DNA of 64,000 bases from Methanobacteriota archaeon (lineage in GTDB: Archaea > Halobacteriota > Bog-38 > Methanoflorentales > Methanoflorentaceae): the NCBI GenBank assembly GCA_963701995.1, contig OY969693.1, positions 1,025,512-1,089,511 on the forward strand, in the 5' to 3' direction. Both the position numbers and the translations under genes were made by a program. The notes beneath the pieces were generated by a model. The model was not told where the DNA came from. It made no database searches and saw only the letters and a list, made by a program, of their open reading frames with translations. Below, one piece after another: positions 38,988-47,887 of this stretch. Position 1 is the stretch's first letter. Every line of letters starts with the position of its first letter.

Positions 38988-39748
38988 TCTTTTTCCGCGG
39001 AGATGATCGTACCCACATCTTGGTGCGACGTTAAGAACTTAGTGATGTTGCCGTCGTAAGTTGCGTTGAATATCTGAGACTGAATGCCTGACTTAGCAAT
39101 CTCCAGAAGCTCCACAACTTTGCGCAACATCCCCCCAGTTACGTCCGTAGACCTGGAACCGAGAATTCCATCGCGGTATTTTTCAAACTCACGGGGGCTA
39201 AGATGGTTCAGTTTTCTGTCTCCATACATGATTCCATCGACGTCTGTGCCGACTCCTATTTTGTTTGGGCGCATCTTTTGTGCGAGAAACGCTACCATTT
39301 GATCACCTGACAGGATGTTGAAGCCATCTAAGCGATCCATTACGACATCGCCGTGAAGCACCGGGATGATATTGTTTTTAAGCATCAGCTCTAACGCATT
39401 TGTATCAAAATGCGTGATCCGACCGGCGTCGAGCGTAACGTTATTAAGTGGGTGGATCGGCAATGCTGCCGCGCTTTGAGACTGGAGTTCGTCTATGAAC
39501 GCGGTGTTCAACGAGCGCACGGCGCAATGGGTCTTCCACATTCCGCTTGCGCTAAGACCTTTTGATAAGTACTTGACAACTTGTGGGTGCCCAAAGGAGC
39601 CCGCTCCGTGAACAAGAATGAGAGGTGAACTCTTTGCGTCGGCGATTTGTCGAGCGACCATACGCAAGTTATCTTCTCGCAGGGTGCTCTCTCGCCCTTT
39701 GTCAGTCAATACTGAGCCGCCGATCTTAAGCAATATCACGTTGGTCAC
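38984..39748 (-). CDS. ipk: isopentenyl phosphate kinase
   Basis: Amino-acid-kinase fold: LKIGGSVLTDK, HGAGSFGH; 254 aa; 4-nt overlap with fni. Confidence 0.85.
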   Translation of the reverse strand: MTNVILLKIGGSVLTDKGRESTLREDNLRMVARQIADAKSSPLILVHGAGSFGHPQVVKYLSKGLSASGMWKTHCAVRSLNTAFIDELQSQSAAALPIHPLNNVTLDAGRITHFDTNALELMLKNNIIPVLHGDVVMDRLDGFNILSGDQMVAFLAQKMRPNKIGVGTDVDGIMYGDRKLNHLSPREFEKYRDGILGSRSTDVTGGMLRKVVELLEIAKSGIQSQIFNATYDGNITKFLTSHQDVGTIISAEKE

Positions 39749-39752
39749 GCTG

Positions 39753-40676
39753 TTATGCCTCTACGTGCAGGCCTAAACTAGAAATCGCCGTGGTCAGCGC
39801 TAGCGCACCTTGTTTTGCGATAGCTTGTGTAACGTGGTCGACTTTTCCGTCTGTTGCAATCGCCAATATGCATCCTCCACGGCCAGCGCCAGTGATTTTG
39901 GCACCGAGGGCGCCTGCGGTTCTCGCTGCGTAGATTAATCTGCTGAGTGTAACGTCGCTTACCCCGAGCGACTCGAGGAGCCCCTGGTTGATATTCATAA
40001 GCTCGCCTACGCTGACCAGGTCCCCATCAGCCAGCTTCTGTTCTCCCAAGCGCGTGATATCTCCCATCGTAGACATCACGTCACTCACTACGGTAGGGTA
40101 CTTCTTTTTCAAGTCAGATACAAAGGCGATGACGTCGCGAGTTGCCCTCTCAACGCCAGTCGCGCCGATTATGATCGGCATGTCGAGCTGCGCGAGATGA
40201 GATGTTTTGGCCTCTTCTACTAAGACCACACCGCCGGTTGAAGAAACAAAGGTATCTGCGGGGCTCGCTTTACCCTGCACTTCGTTTTCGACCTTATGGC
40301 CTATCTTCGCTACCGTTTCATTATCGAGTTCAATGCCGAGACTCTCAGTTAGAGCTTTTATGGTTGACACTGTAACTGCGGCGGAAGAGCCTAGCCCCTG
40401 TCGCGGGGGCAATTCCGACCGTATCGTTATCTCAGCGCCAAAGTCTGTTTCAAACAGTTGTTTGATTATTTGAGCGGCACAACAGGCGTACCTAAACTCT
40501 TCACTGGAACAGTTCGCGCGCTTGTCCATGGCGTCTATCGTGATTTTGCCCGAAGATGCGACCTCCACTGACACACAAGCACGCAAGTTTATCGCGCACG
40601 CTATCGCCGGCTCTCCGTAGACAACAGCATGCTCTCCGAACAGATAGATCTTGCCGGGGGCCGAACAGGTTATCAT
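39753..40676 (-). CDS. mvk: mevalonate kinase
   Basis: GHMP kinase: APGKIYLFGEHAVVYG, GLGSSAAVTVSTI. Confidence 0.9.
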   Translation of the reverse strand: MITCSAPGKIYLFGEHAVVYGEPAIACAINLRACVSVEVASSGKITIDAMDKRANCSSEEFRYACCAAQIIKQLFETDFGAEITIRSELPPRQGLGSSAAVTVSTIKALTESLGIELDNETVAKIGHKVENEVQGKASPADTFVSSTGGVVLVEEAKTSHLAQLDMPIIIGATGVERATRDVIAFVSDLKKKYPTVVSDVMSTMGDITRLGEQKLADGDLVSVGELMNINQGLLESLGVSDVTLSRLIYAARTAGALGAKITGAGRGGCILAIATDGKVDHVTQAIAKQGALALTTAISSLGLHVEA

Positions 40677-40722
40677 CTATGTAGGTTCTCGTTGCAAACT
40701 CTTTTCAAGCTCGTTTTCAGAA

Positions 40723-41481
40723 TCATGCCATAATTATCCCTGCATAGCCGACCACCGCAGTTGAATCGCCACAGGTGTCTGCACTCGTAGAATAATCGAT
40801 AAGCTCTCCTCGTTTGGCGCCTTGATATTTCGCGAATTCGATGGCAACCGCTATTGGGGCAAAGCCGCACACGGAAGTCGAGCGAGCTCGCGCAAGAAAT
40901 TCTAGCGACTCCAGTTTTAGAATGGGCTCTATTACCCACTGATCGGTTGTTCTCGCGGCGTGCTCTGGCGCGTAATGTGTAAAATCGCTGGAGGCAATAA
41001 GCACGCTGTTTTCGTCGGCAACTTTTTGGATTGCCCCGAAAACGCGCTGTATCGATTCAGGCCCTTGAAGTCCCATAGTAATAGGGACGATTTCGAAGTC
41101 GTCGAATAGGAACTGTAGGAAGGGCAGCTGAAGTTCTATGGAATTGTCCTCTTTGTTGGCGTCATTGTTCACGTCGATATCGAGTGCATCCACAATATCC
41201 GTGTTCACGCTCACAGTCCCGAGGGGCGTCAACCACGGTTCGTTCGAGACCGAAATGACGGGATAGTGGTGATTTGGCCCAATGATTATGTAGGTGGCCG
41301 CCTTGGGAAGTATCGAAAAAACCTTTCCTGCCGTCAAACCTGAACAAGCGTAGCCCGCGTGAGGAACCACCACACTCGTGAGCTGACGCGGTTCTGGCCT
41401 CCCAACAAAGCTCCGCAAAAGCTCTTCCAGCGCCCGCGGGTCACTTGGGTACCACGACCCGGCTTTTGCAGGTTTCCTCAT
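40723..41481 (-). CDS. MEMO1-family protein (AmmeMemoRadiSam system protein B-like)
   Basis: AGSWYP N-terminal motif and size of about 250 aa. Confidence 0.7.
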   Translation of the reverse strand: MRKPAKAGSWYPSDPRALEELLRSFVGRPEPRQLTSVVVPHAGYACSGLTAGKVFSILPKAATYIIIGPNHHYPVISVSNEPWLTPLGTVSVNTDIVDALDIDVNNDANKEDNSIELQLPFLQFLFDDFEIVPITMGLQGPESIQRVFGAIQKVADENSVLIASSDFTHYAPEHAARTTDQWVIEPILKLESLEFLARARSTSVCGFAPIAVAIEFAKYQGAKRGELIDYSTSADTCGDSTAVVGYAGIIMA

Positions 41482-41491
41482 AGCTACCCTC

Positions 41492-42088
41492 TTAGATTTC
41501 TATTTCGAAATCTTTGACTGCGTAGTCCGTCTGTTGGCCGCGAAGCTTGGTGATCTCCTTTGCGAGGAGCCAATAGATGAGCGCTAACGCTTTCCGTCCT
41601 TTGTTGTTGGTGGGGATGACGATGTCAACGTGTGTTGTCATATTATTTGTGTCGCACATGGCAATTACTGGAACGCCGACATCCACAGCTTCCTTAACGG
41701 CTTGTGAATCTCCAATAGGGTCCGTGACGACAACTACATCTGGTTCAACGAAGTCGCGGTACTCCGGGTTTGTCAACGTGCCCGGTATAAAGCGTCCCAC
41801 AACTGATTTTGCTCCTGTTACTTTAGCAAACATTGTTGCGGGAAATTGACCGTATTGCCGTGCTGAAACCACAAGTATGCGGGCCGGGTCGAATTTACTG
41901 AGAAAATTGGCTGCAATTTTTATGCGCTCGTCTGTAGCCTTTACGTCCAGCACATAAAGACCGTCTGCTCGAACGCGATAGACAAAGCGCTTCATATCTT
42001 CCGTTTTTTGCTGCGTGCCTATGTGCACACCTGCAGCTAAGTATTCGTCAACAGGGATGAGAGATTTGTATTCCGTGGTCTCTTCCAT
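41492..42088 (-). CDS. rps2: 30S ribosomal protein S2 (uS2)
   Basis: [33 protein letters not shown]. Start trimmed to MEETTEY; GGAGGTG Shine-Dalgarno-like sequence immediately upstream. Confidence 0.9.
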   Translation of the reverse strand: MEETTEYKSLIPVDEYLAAGVHIGTQQKTEDMKRFVYRVRADGLYVLDVKATDERIKIAANFLSKFDPARILVVSARQYGQFPATMFAKVTGAKSVVGRFIPGTLTNPEYRDFVEPDVVVVTDPIGDSQAVKEAVDVGVPVIAMCDTNNMTTHVDIVIPTNNKGRKALALIYWLLAKEITKLRGQQTDYAVKDFEIEI

Positions 42089-42101
42089 TGATCCACCTCC
42101 T

Positions 42102-43190
42102 TTAGATCGGTTTTTTCGCCATCCTGTAGCTTGATCCGTCAAATAGTTCTTGTTCTATTCGTATAAGTTCATTGATTTTTGCAGTGCTCTGTCTGCCCTT
42201 GATGCTTAGTTTGACAAAGGGAGCGGACAAAGCAACGGCCAGCTGCGACGGTGATGCGTCGCACGTCGCAGAATTGTCGGTAAGCAAAGCGCAGCTGCGG
42301 CCATTGGCTTTCTCCCGGGAGTACGTTTCGAAAACGCTCGAAACCGTACCTGTAGGCGCAATTAATGCAAGATTAGTCTCCCTACGACTCTTCGGGGAAC
42401 GCGCATCTGCAGTTCTCGTGTCGACATCCGCCTCTGACGCTATCAGACACGTCACACCTAGTTCATCGGTTAGCTGTCGCTGAAACTCAGACTCTGTTCG
42501 CTCGAAAGGATCTTCGATGTAATACAGATCGTACTGACGGGCGAGATCTAGCAGATACCGCAGTCGGCTGGTTCCCGTCGTGGAGGCATGGTCCGCAAAA
42601 CTAATCTTGCCCTGCGCGTGCTTCGAGGCTTTGAAATCCACCCCTAGCTTGACCTCGAAGCCAAACCTGCTACTTACACCGTCTGTGACTCTAGTCAACC
42701 GATCCAAAATGTCGGTGTGAGCAGAGTCTCCACGGATGTCCAGATTGTTGAGCTCTCGATGGATGCTTGCTAGCGAAGCAATTGCGCTGGCAAATGAGCC
42801 CGCCCCTATCGGAATACCAAAATAATCAGCGTCGGCGCTAAAGATTTTTAGTAGAGGGTAGGGCATAGTATTCGCAAAGAAGCCTCCGAGGTAGCGATAC
42901 AACGGCACCCCCAGAGAAGCCGCTGCTGCACTTGCAATTGCAACTGAGAAAGCCATGCTCATATTAGGCAATGAAAAGATACCCTGTAGCACTTCGTCGA
43001 TTTCTGCCTGCTGACTAACTTCCCTGCCGATGAGTGTAGGCACTCGTTCGCGCGCCCTTCTTATTGCCTCCCCTGGCGCCGGAAAAGAGCACCGGCCGTA
43101 GCCGCTTGTGGTCACTATCTCTACTTCGGCCGCATCGGTTGCGTTTATGTCGAATACCTTGCTTACAGATACCGCCTCGATCGAGTTCAT
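42102..43190 (-). CDS. enolase-superfamily protein, truncated (362 aa) with active-site substitutions; probable non-catalytic enolase paralogue
   Basis: Clear enolase framework (YYIEDPFE, C-terminal [12 protein letters not shown]). The GDDL metal site appears as ASEADVD, the catalytic-Lys region LLLKVNQIGT as [10 protein letters not shown], and SHRSGETED as TDNSATCDA. Occupies the conserved eno slot between rpoK and rps2. Confidence 0.65.
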   Translation of the reverse strand: MNSIEAVSVSKVFDINATDAAEVEIVTTSGYGRCSFPAPGEAIRRARERVPTLIGREVSQQAEIDEVLQGIFSLPNMSMAFSVAIASAAAASLGVPLYRYLGGFFANTMPYPLLKIFSADADYFGIPIGAGSFASAIASLASIHRELNNLDIRGDSAHTDILDRLTRVTDGVSSRFGFEVKLGVDFKASKHAQGKISFADHASTTGTSRLRYLLDLARQYDLYYIEDPFERTESEFQRQLTDELGVTCLIASEADVDTRTADARSPKSRRETNLALIAPTGTVSSVFETYSREKANGRSCALLTDNSATCDASPSQLAVALSAPFVKLSIKGRQSTAKINELIRIEQELFDGSSYRMAKKPI

Positions 43191-43378
43191 CGTGGGGTTC
43201 CTCGACGCTTTATCGTTATCGGAATGACCCCTTTCTTGAGTTCTTCTAGTGCCATGTCTATAGGATCTGTGGTGTTCGATTCTATCAATGTGGGGGCGCC
43301 CATAGAAATCTGCAAAGCTCGCGCCCCGACGATTCTGGCCCTTTCATAACGAGTAAGTTTTTCAATAACTTCTTTCAA
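43187..43378 (-). CDS. rpoK: DNA-directed RNA polymerase subunit K (Rpb6/RpoK)
   Basis: [22 protein letters not shown]... canonical; 63 aa. Confidence 0.85.
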   Translation of the reverse strand: MKEVIEKLTRYERARIVGARALQISMGAPTLIESNTTDPIDMALEELKKGVIPITIKRRGTPR

Positions 43379-43407
43379 TGACTCCCCTCCATTTTAAAGG
43401 GCCTGCA

Positions 43408-43481
43408 TGGGGTTGCTGAGATTCGAACTCAGGTTACGGCGTCCCGAACGCCGTAGGATATCCAGGCTACCCCACAACCCC
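43408..43481 (-). tRNA. tRNA-Pro(CGG)
   Basis: Reverse complement: acceptor GGGGTTG/CAACCCC, anticodon stem CGGCG/CGCCG with loop TTCGGGA, T-arm CTGAG-TTCGAAT-CTCAG; 74 nt; no encoded CCA. Confidence 0.85.
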
Positions 43482-43484
43482 TTG

Positions 43485-43673
43485 TCATTGATACGGAGCA
43501 AAAATATCAACAAGTTCTTTGTGTGTCAGAAGCATTCTACGACAGCAGTATCGCTTTACGCCAAGATCATCCAACACCATCTTTGGATCTTCTCCGGCAC
43601 TTATGCGCTCCTTGTACTGATCCCAGTGTTTCGATATCACTGCGCCACACGTAAAGCATCTAACGGGTATCAT
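43485..43673 (-). CDS. rpoN: DNA-directed RNA polymerase subunit N (Rpb10/RpoN)
   Basis: [10 protein letters not shown]...KRYCCRRM zinc-bundle signature; 62 aa. Confidence 0.9.
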   Translation of the reverse strand: MIPVRCFTCGAVISKHWDQYKERISAGEDPKMVLDDLGVKRYCCRRMLLTHKELVDIFAPYQ

Positions 43674-43685
43674 CTCTTAGCCTGA

Positions 43686-44090
43686 TTATCTGTAGGATTT
43701 TTGTCGCCGCGCTCGCGCACCTCGACCGCCAAATTTCTTTGGCTCCTTCTGCCGGTAGTCATTCACAAGGAGTGTTCGGTCTTGTTTCAGAAATAGATCT
43801 TTGATACTCAGATCGTTCGTCCAGTCGATTAATCCTCGAGCTATTGCTGTTCGGGCTGCGTCGGCCTGTCCGACGACTCCTCCACCTCGGACGGTTACGC
43901 TGATATCAAGTCCTTTTGCCAAATCGCCGGCAATGTTCAACGGTTCTTGGATCTTCTCTCGCACAAGCGCGGGCTCAACTATGTTGAGAAGCTTTTTGTT
44001 GATCCTCACGACGCCTTGTCCTTCTTTGAAAGAAGCCCGCGCGATTGAGGTTTTTCGTTTGCCGCTTGAGTTGATTGTTTTTTGGCTCAT
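43686..44090 (-). CDS. rps9: 30S ribosomal protein S9 (uS9)
   Basis: [10 protein letters not shown]...[19 protein letters not shown]...; C-terminal KSYR. Confidence 0.9.
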   Translation of the reverse strand: MSQKTINSSGKRKTSIARASFKEGQGVVRINKKLLNIVEPALVREKIQEPLNIAGDLAKGLDISVTVRGGGVVGQADAARTAIARGLIDWTNDLSIKDLFLKQDRTLLVNDYRQKEPKKFGGRGARARRQKSYR

Positions 44091-44100
44091 GTATTCGATC

Positions 44101-44544
44101 CTATTTCTTAGCCCCAAGTTGCTGGGAGATCTTTCCTATCTCCACAACCTTGATGGTGCTCAATCTTGATTTTTGCGCGCGTTCAAGCGTTTCAGCCTCG
44201 ACACTGGAAAGCTCGGCTGGCGTTCCAACGTAAACTCGTAGCCGTCCGAACGCCGCTCTGCCGACTGATTTTTTATACGGCAACATCCCTCGAACCGTAC
44301 GTCGTAGAATCATATCTGAACGCTTAGGAAAATATGGTCCTTTTTCTTTGGAGCCTTTCTTTCGCAGGGTTTTATACTTAGACAGCGTGGTTTCTGGCGA
44401 CCCTGAAACTACCGCGCTTTCCGCGTTAATAACGTCGATCTCTTCACCGGATAACAGTCTTTGAGCTACGATGCTGGCAAGACGCCCGAGTATTAATCCA
44501 TTAGCGTCAATTACTGTCACAAATCTGTCTCTCCTATATTTCAA
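44101..44544 (-). CDS. rpl13: 50S ribosomal protein L13 (uL13)
   Basis: [32 protein letters not shown] canonical archaeal uL13 N-terminus. Confidence 0.9.
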   Translation of the reverse strand: MKYRRDRFVTVIDANGLILGRLASIVAQRLLSGEEIDVINAESAVVSGSPETTLSKYKTLRKKGSKEKGPYFPKRSDMILRRTVRGMLPYKKSVGRAAFGRLRVYVGTPAELSSVEAETLERAQKSRLSTIKVVEIGKISQQLGAKK

Positions 44545-44909
44545 CGTATGATCTTCACGTGACTGCCCTTTGGAGATACGTGGGCGATTTCGTCGAGCGA
44601 CAAGACGGTCCCTCTCGCTGTAAGGATTTTTGACCGGGCACTATCACTAAAACTCGGCGCCCCTATGGATATCGGATGATCGATTGATCCCGCGCCTAGC
44701 ACTTTACCAGCGACAATAACTACGTCGCCCGAGTTCGTATGTCGGTTGAGCCGGCTCAAATTGACTTTTGCGTAGTTATTTGATGGCGCCTCCAACCTTC
44801 TAGCAAGCTCTCTCCAAATATTTGCTTGATGCTGTCGTGCGTGCGCTTTGAAAGCGTCTATCTGTAACATCAACTGAGGATTGGTCTTCCGTATTCTGTG
44901 CTTTGCCAT
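44541..44909 (-). CDS. rpl18e: 50S ribosomal protein L18e (eL18)
   Basis: Archaeal eL18 pattern (NLSRLNRHTNSGDVVIVAGKVLG); start trimmed to MAKHRIRK, with AGGAGA upstream. Confidence 0.85.
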   Translation of the reverse strand: MAKHRIRKTNPQLMLQIDAFKAHARQHQANIWRELARRLEAPSNNYAKVNLSRLNRHTNSGDVVIVAGKVLGAGSIDHPISIGAPSFSDSARSKILTARGTVLSLDEIAHVSPKGSHVKIIR

Positions 44910-44934
44910 GCTATCTCCTGTCAAGCATTTCGAA

Positions 44935-45019
44935 TGCGGGGGGTGCGATTTGAACGCACGAACTCCTATGAGACTAGGCCCTCAACCTAGCGCCTTTGAC
45001 CAAGCTTGGCAACCCCCGC
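44935..45019 (-). tRNA. tRNA-Leu(GAG)
   Basis: Reverse complement: acceptor GCGGGGG/CCCCCGC, anticodon stem CTAGG/CCTAG with loop TTGAGGG, long variable arm, T-arm CGTGCG-TTCAAAT-CGCAC. The 5' end directly abuts the rpoD stop codon. Confidence 0.9.
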
Positions 45020-45805
45020 CTACCCAAACGTTCCGAGGTACGTAGCTAATTCGCTGGCCCTGTTCATCAAAGACTCAACTGACATCGTCAGCAGATCTGC
45101 GCAGCTCATTGATCCGTCAGACTCTGTATAGAACACAAAGCGCTGCGGGTCGCCGATGACTGAGATCGCGTGTGTGTCGCAAGCTTCGACGCACAAATTG
45201 CAAAGGGTGCACTGAAGTTCGTCAGCGATGTGCACGGATCCGTTTTCGTACCGGATGATGCCTTTGGGGCAGGCCTCGACACATTCTTTACATCCGTTGC
45301 ACTCTTGGACAGAAAACTTTGGCAAGTACTTGTAGCTTGTCGCGATTGCCGACTGAAATTTAGCGTGGTTTTTGGCGCTGCCTTTTCGTGCTATTGCTTC
45401 AAGCAGCAATTGTTGGCCTTCAAAAAGTTTTATTATGGGTATATTGCCATCGGCGGGAACCACTTCGGCGTCAGCGGACGCTAAGTCCCTTGAGTAGACT
45501 GTAGCGGGCCCCTGCACGTTTAAGGTCATTGACACTTGACATTGAAAGCACCCTTCCCCGTTGCAGGAACACTCAGACGGGGAGAGGTAGTGTTTCCCGC
45601 CTGTGAGCGGAATGAGTCCTAAACGAAGCGCAAGCATCTCGTCGAACAGGACTGACGTGTTGTTGTAGAAGTTGACATCATCGATCGACATCGATCGGAC
45701 GTCAGCCATCATGCTGCGTCTAATGCTGTTCACGAACGCTGGTGCCGTACCAGAAATTATGAAACGCGCTCGTCTATCTGTGAGTTCTAGGAATTCTAAA
45801 TCCAT
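45020..45805 (-). CDS. rpoD: DNA-directed RNA polymerase subunit D (Rpb3/RpoD) with 4Fe-4S ferredoxin-like insert
   Basis: RpoD dimerisation domain plus CNGCKECVEACP...CTLCNLCVEAC cluster motifs typical of archaeal subunit D. Confidence 0.85.
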   Translation of the reverse strand: MDLEFLELTDRRARFIISGTAPAFVNSIRRSMMADVRSMSIDDVNFYNNTSVLFDEMLALRLGLIPLTGGKHYLSPSECSCNGEGCFQCQVSMTLNVQGPATVYSRDLASADAEVVPADGNIPIIKLFEGQQLLLEAIARKGSAKNHAKFQSAIATSYKYLPKFSVQECNGCKECVEACPKGIIRYENGSVHIADELQCTLCNLCVEACDTHAISVIGDPQRFVFYTESDGSMSCADLLTMSVESLMNRASELATYLGTFG

Positions 45806-45820
45806 GTTGTATCCGAAATG

Positions 45821-46210
45821 TCAGATCCTGCGTCCCCTTCTGCCTCCGGGCGACCGCGTGCCGTCGTGAGGGATAGGGGTTACATCTTCTATTCTCCCTA
45901 TTTTTAATCCAGCTCTTGAAAGTGCCCTTATTGCAGCTTGCGCTCCCGGACCGGGGCTCCGCTGTCCATTCCCGCCGGGGGCCCTTACCCTTACGTGAAC
46001 ACCGAGGACGCCCTTATCCAATGCCTGTTCAGCTGCGCTCGTGGCAAGCTGCATGGCAGCATAAGGCGAACTCTCATTGCGGTCTTGCTTGACCACCATG
46101 CCCCCTGACGATTTTGCTATGGTCTCGGCTCCACTAAGATCTGTGATGGTGATAATCGTATTATTAAACGATGCAAAGATATGGGCGATTCCCCACTTTC
46201 GCTCGGCCAT
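45821..46210 (-). CDS. rps11: 30S ribosomal protein S11 (uS11)
   Basis: [21 protein letters not shown]...[14 protein letters not shown] canonical. Confidence 0.9.
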   Translation of the reverse strand: MAERKWGIAHIFASFNNTIITITDLSGAETIAKSSGGMVVKQDRNESSPYAAMQLATSAAEQALDKGVLGVHVRVRAPGGNGQRSPGPGAQAAIRALSRAGLKIGRIEDVTPIPHDGTRSPGGRRGRRI

Positions 46211-46218
46211 AATCTATA

Positions 46219-46761
46219 TCACGCTCCGTCGCTCGCTTGCTTCTCGGAACCGTCGACTTCGCGCAGCGGGGATCCGACATAGTATCCGATGAGCGCTTGT
46301 TCACTTGTGGGGAGAACGTAGCTTGGAACGGTCACTCTGCGTCCTGCGACTGCGACATGTCCGTGGACAATAAGTTGCCTGGCGTGCTTGGCAGAACTGG
46401 CTAAACCTTGCTTCTGGACTTGGGTTTGTAGCCGCCTCTCCATTAAATCTTCACTTGCCAAGGTGAGCACGTCGTCCAGAGATGAGTCATATTTGATGAG
46501 ACCTATACGTTTTAGTCTGTCGAGGAATTTCTCCGTCTCAAACTTCGCGTGCTCGCCACGCTCACCAACCTCTTGAATGTCGAAGAGCAATTTCCGCGCC
46601 TCACGTCGATACTTCCTCAACGTCGTCTCGACTTTCCAGACTTCTCTCTTGTTTTTCAAACCGTAAGTTCTTACGAGCTCGGCTTCTTCGGCGATCCTTG
46701 CTCCCTGCCATGGGTGACTGGGCTTATCAAACGTTTTTCTGCTTTTGCCAGGATACCCCAT
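46219..46761 (-). CDS. rps4: 30S ribosomal protein S4 (uS4)
   Basis: MGYPGKSRKTFDKPSHPWQ...; S4 domain LDRLKRIGLIKY. Confidence 0.9.
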   Translation of the reverse strand: MGYPGKSRKTFDKPSHPWQGARIAEEAELVRTYGLKNKREVWKVETTLRKYRREARKLLFDIQEVGERGEHAKFETEKFLDRLKRIGLIKYDSSLDDVLTLASEDLMERRLQTQVQKQGLASSAKHARQLIVHGHVAVAGRRVTVPSYVLPTSEQALIGYYVGSPLREVDGSEKQASDGA

Positions 46762-46779
46762 CTCTCGCACCTTCTAGCA

Positions 46780-47286
46780 TTACCGCTTTTTGCGTTGTAC
46801 GCCTACAGTCGCACCTCTGCGTCCTGTCGATTTGGTCCTCTGACCACGGACTTTGTGTCCTCTTTCGTGGCGAATCCCTACATAGCTTCGGGTCTTTTTC
46901 ATTCGATTAAGATCTTCGCGAAGCGTAATATCTAGTTGAGAGCCTAACAGGTGTTGGTTTTCGCCTGTGACGGGACTTTTCTGGTAGTTGAACATCCAAG
47001 CCGGAATGTGCTGATCAAAACTAGCGACAGAATCCCTCAGCCTTTCTATTTGCTCGTCATCCAGATAGCCCATCGTGTCTCTAGGATTCACGTTGGCGCT
47101 TTGAGTCAGAATTCGCGCCGTTCGTATACCAACGCCTTTCAAACCTGTGAGTGCGTACTGGACTGCTTTTTTTCCATCCAGATCCGTTTGCGAGATTCTT
47201 ACTATATACTTGATCTCGTCGTGTTCTGGCTGTTTCTTGTCATCCTTGGGCACATGAATACCTCGCGTGTGTGGCATTTTAACCAA
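46780..47286 (-). CDS. rps13: 30S ribosomal protein S13 (uS13)
   Basis: IVRISQTDLDGKKAVQYALTGLKGVGIRTARIL...; basic C-terminal tail. Confidence 0.9.
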   Translation of the reverse strand: MVKMPHTRGIHVPKDDKKQPEHDEIKYIVRISQTDLDGKKAVQYALTGLKGVGIRTARILTQSANVNPRDTMGYLDDEQIERLRDSVASFDQHIPAWMFNYQKSPVTGENQHLLGSQLDITLREDLNRMKKTRSYVGIRHERGHKVRGQRTKSTGRRGATVGVQRKKR

Positions 47287-47377
47287 TCATCGTATTTATA
47301 ACTAGCACGCTGAATGCGCTTTTTTGCGATAGCTCGAAGGATCGGTGCGGCTTCACGGAAACGGGTCGCACAGAAAG

Positions 47378-47464
47378 CGCTGGGGGTGGGATTTGAACCC
47401 ACGAGTCCCGGAGGGACACTGGTTTAGCAAACCAGCGCCGTAGACCAAGCTTGGCTACCCCAAC
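47378..47464 (-). tRNA. tRNA-Ser(GCU)
   Basis: Reverse complement: acceptor GTTGGGG/CCCCAGC, anticodon stem CTGGT/ACCAG with loop TTGCTAA, long variable arm TGTCCCTCCGGGACT, T-arm GTGGG-TTCAAAT-CCCAC; 87 nt. Confidence 0.85.
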
Positions 47465-47469
47465 AGCGG

Positions 47470-47775
47470 GTGTGGGCGCACAGAAAGGTCGTCACTCCGC
47501 AGCCTGGCAGAGCTCCCAACTCATTCTCTATCCCGCGACCCTCCGAGCGTCACGCGTCCGCGATAGGTTTGCTCCCTTCCGGGCCTGAACCGGTGCTCAC
47601 GGTGAGCGCATGCCGCTGGTTCTCCAATCAGCAACACACGGCCGTTGACCCCGCAGGACGGAATTTCATTGTCTGAATTATAAGATGGTCAAACTGCCAA
47701 AATGCCTTCCTTCTGTTTCGCTCCCCACTTGTCGACGTTTTTGGGTTACAGAGGACGCCGAGCCATCCGAGCTAG
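47470..47775 (-). ncRNA. ffs: signal recognition particle RNA (7S / SRP RNA); boundaries approximate
   Basis: Minus-strand sequence contains the universal helix-8 motif UCAGGCCCGGAAGGGAGCAAACC (forward 47566-47591), followed by GACGCGUG as in E. coli 4.5S RNA. GC-rich and structured. A TATA-like ttttatag element sits on the minus strand at about 47801-47810. About 300 nt, with no credible ORF. Confidence 0.55.
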
Positions 47776-47800
47776 CCCAGTTATCATGTAGCTACTAGTA

Positions 47801-47810
47801 TCTATAAAAT
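47801..47810 (-). promoter_or_regulatory. TATA-box candidate for the SRP RNA gene
   Basis: Forward tctataaaat; on the minus strand reads attttataga, about 25-30 nt upstream of the proposed RNA 5' end. Confidence 0.25.
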
Positions 47811-47887
47811 TATCGCTGAACTTGTTTGCAAATGTCGCTGCGCCCCTGTTGTCAACTTGGTCAGCTCAATGTTTGAGATCGCTGGCG

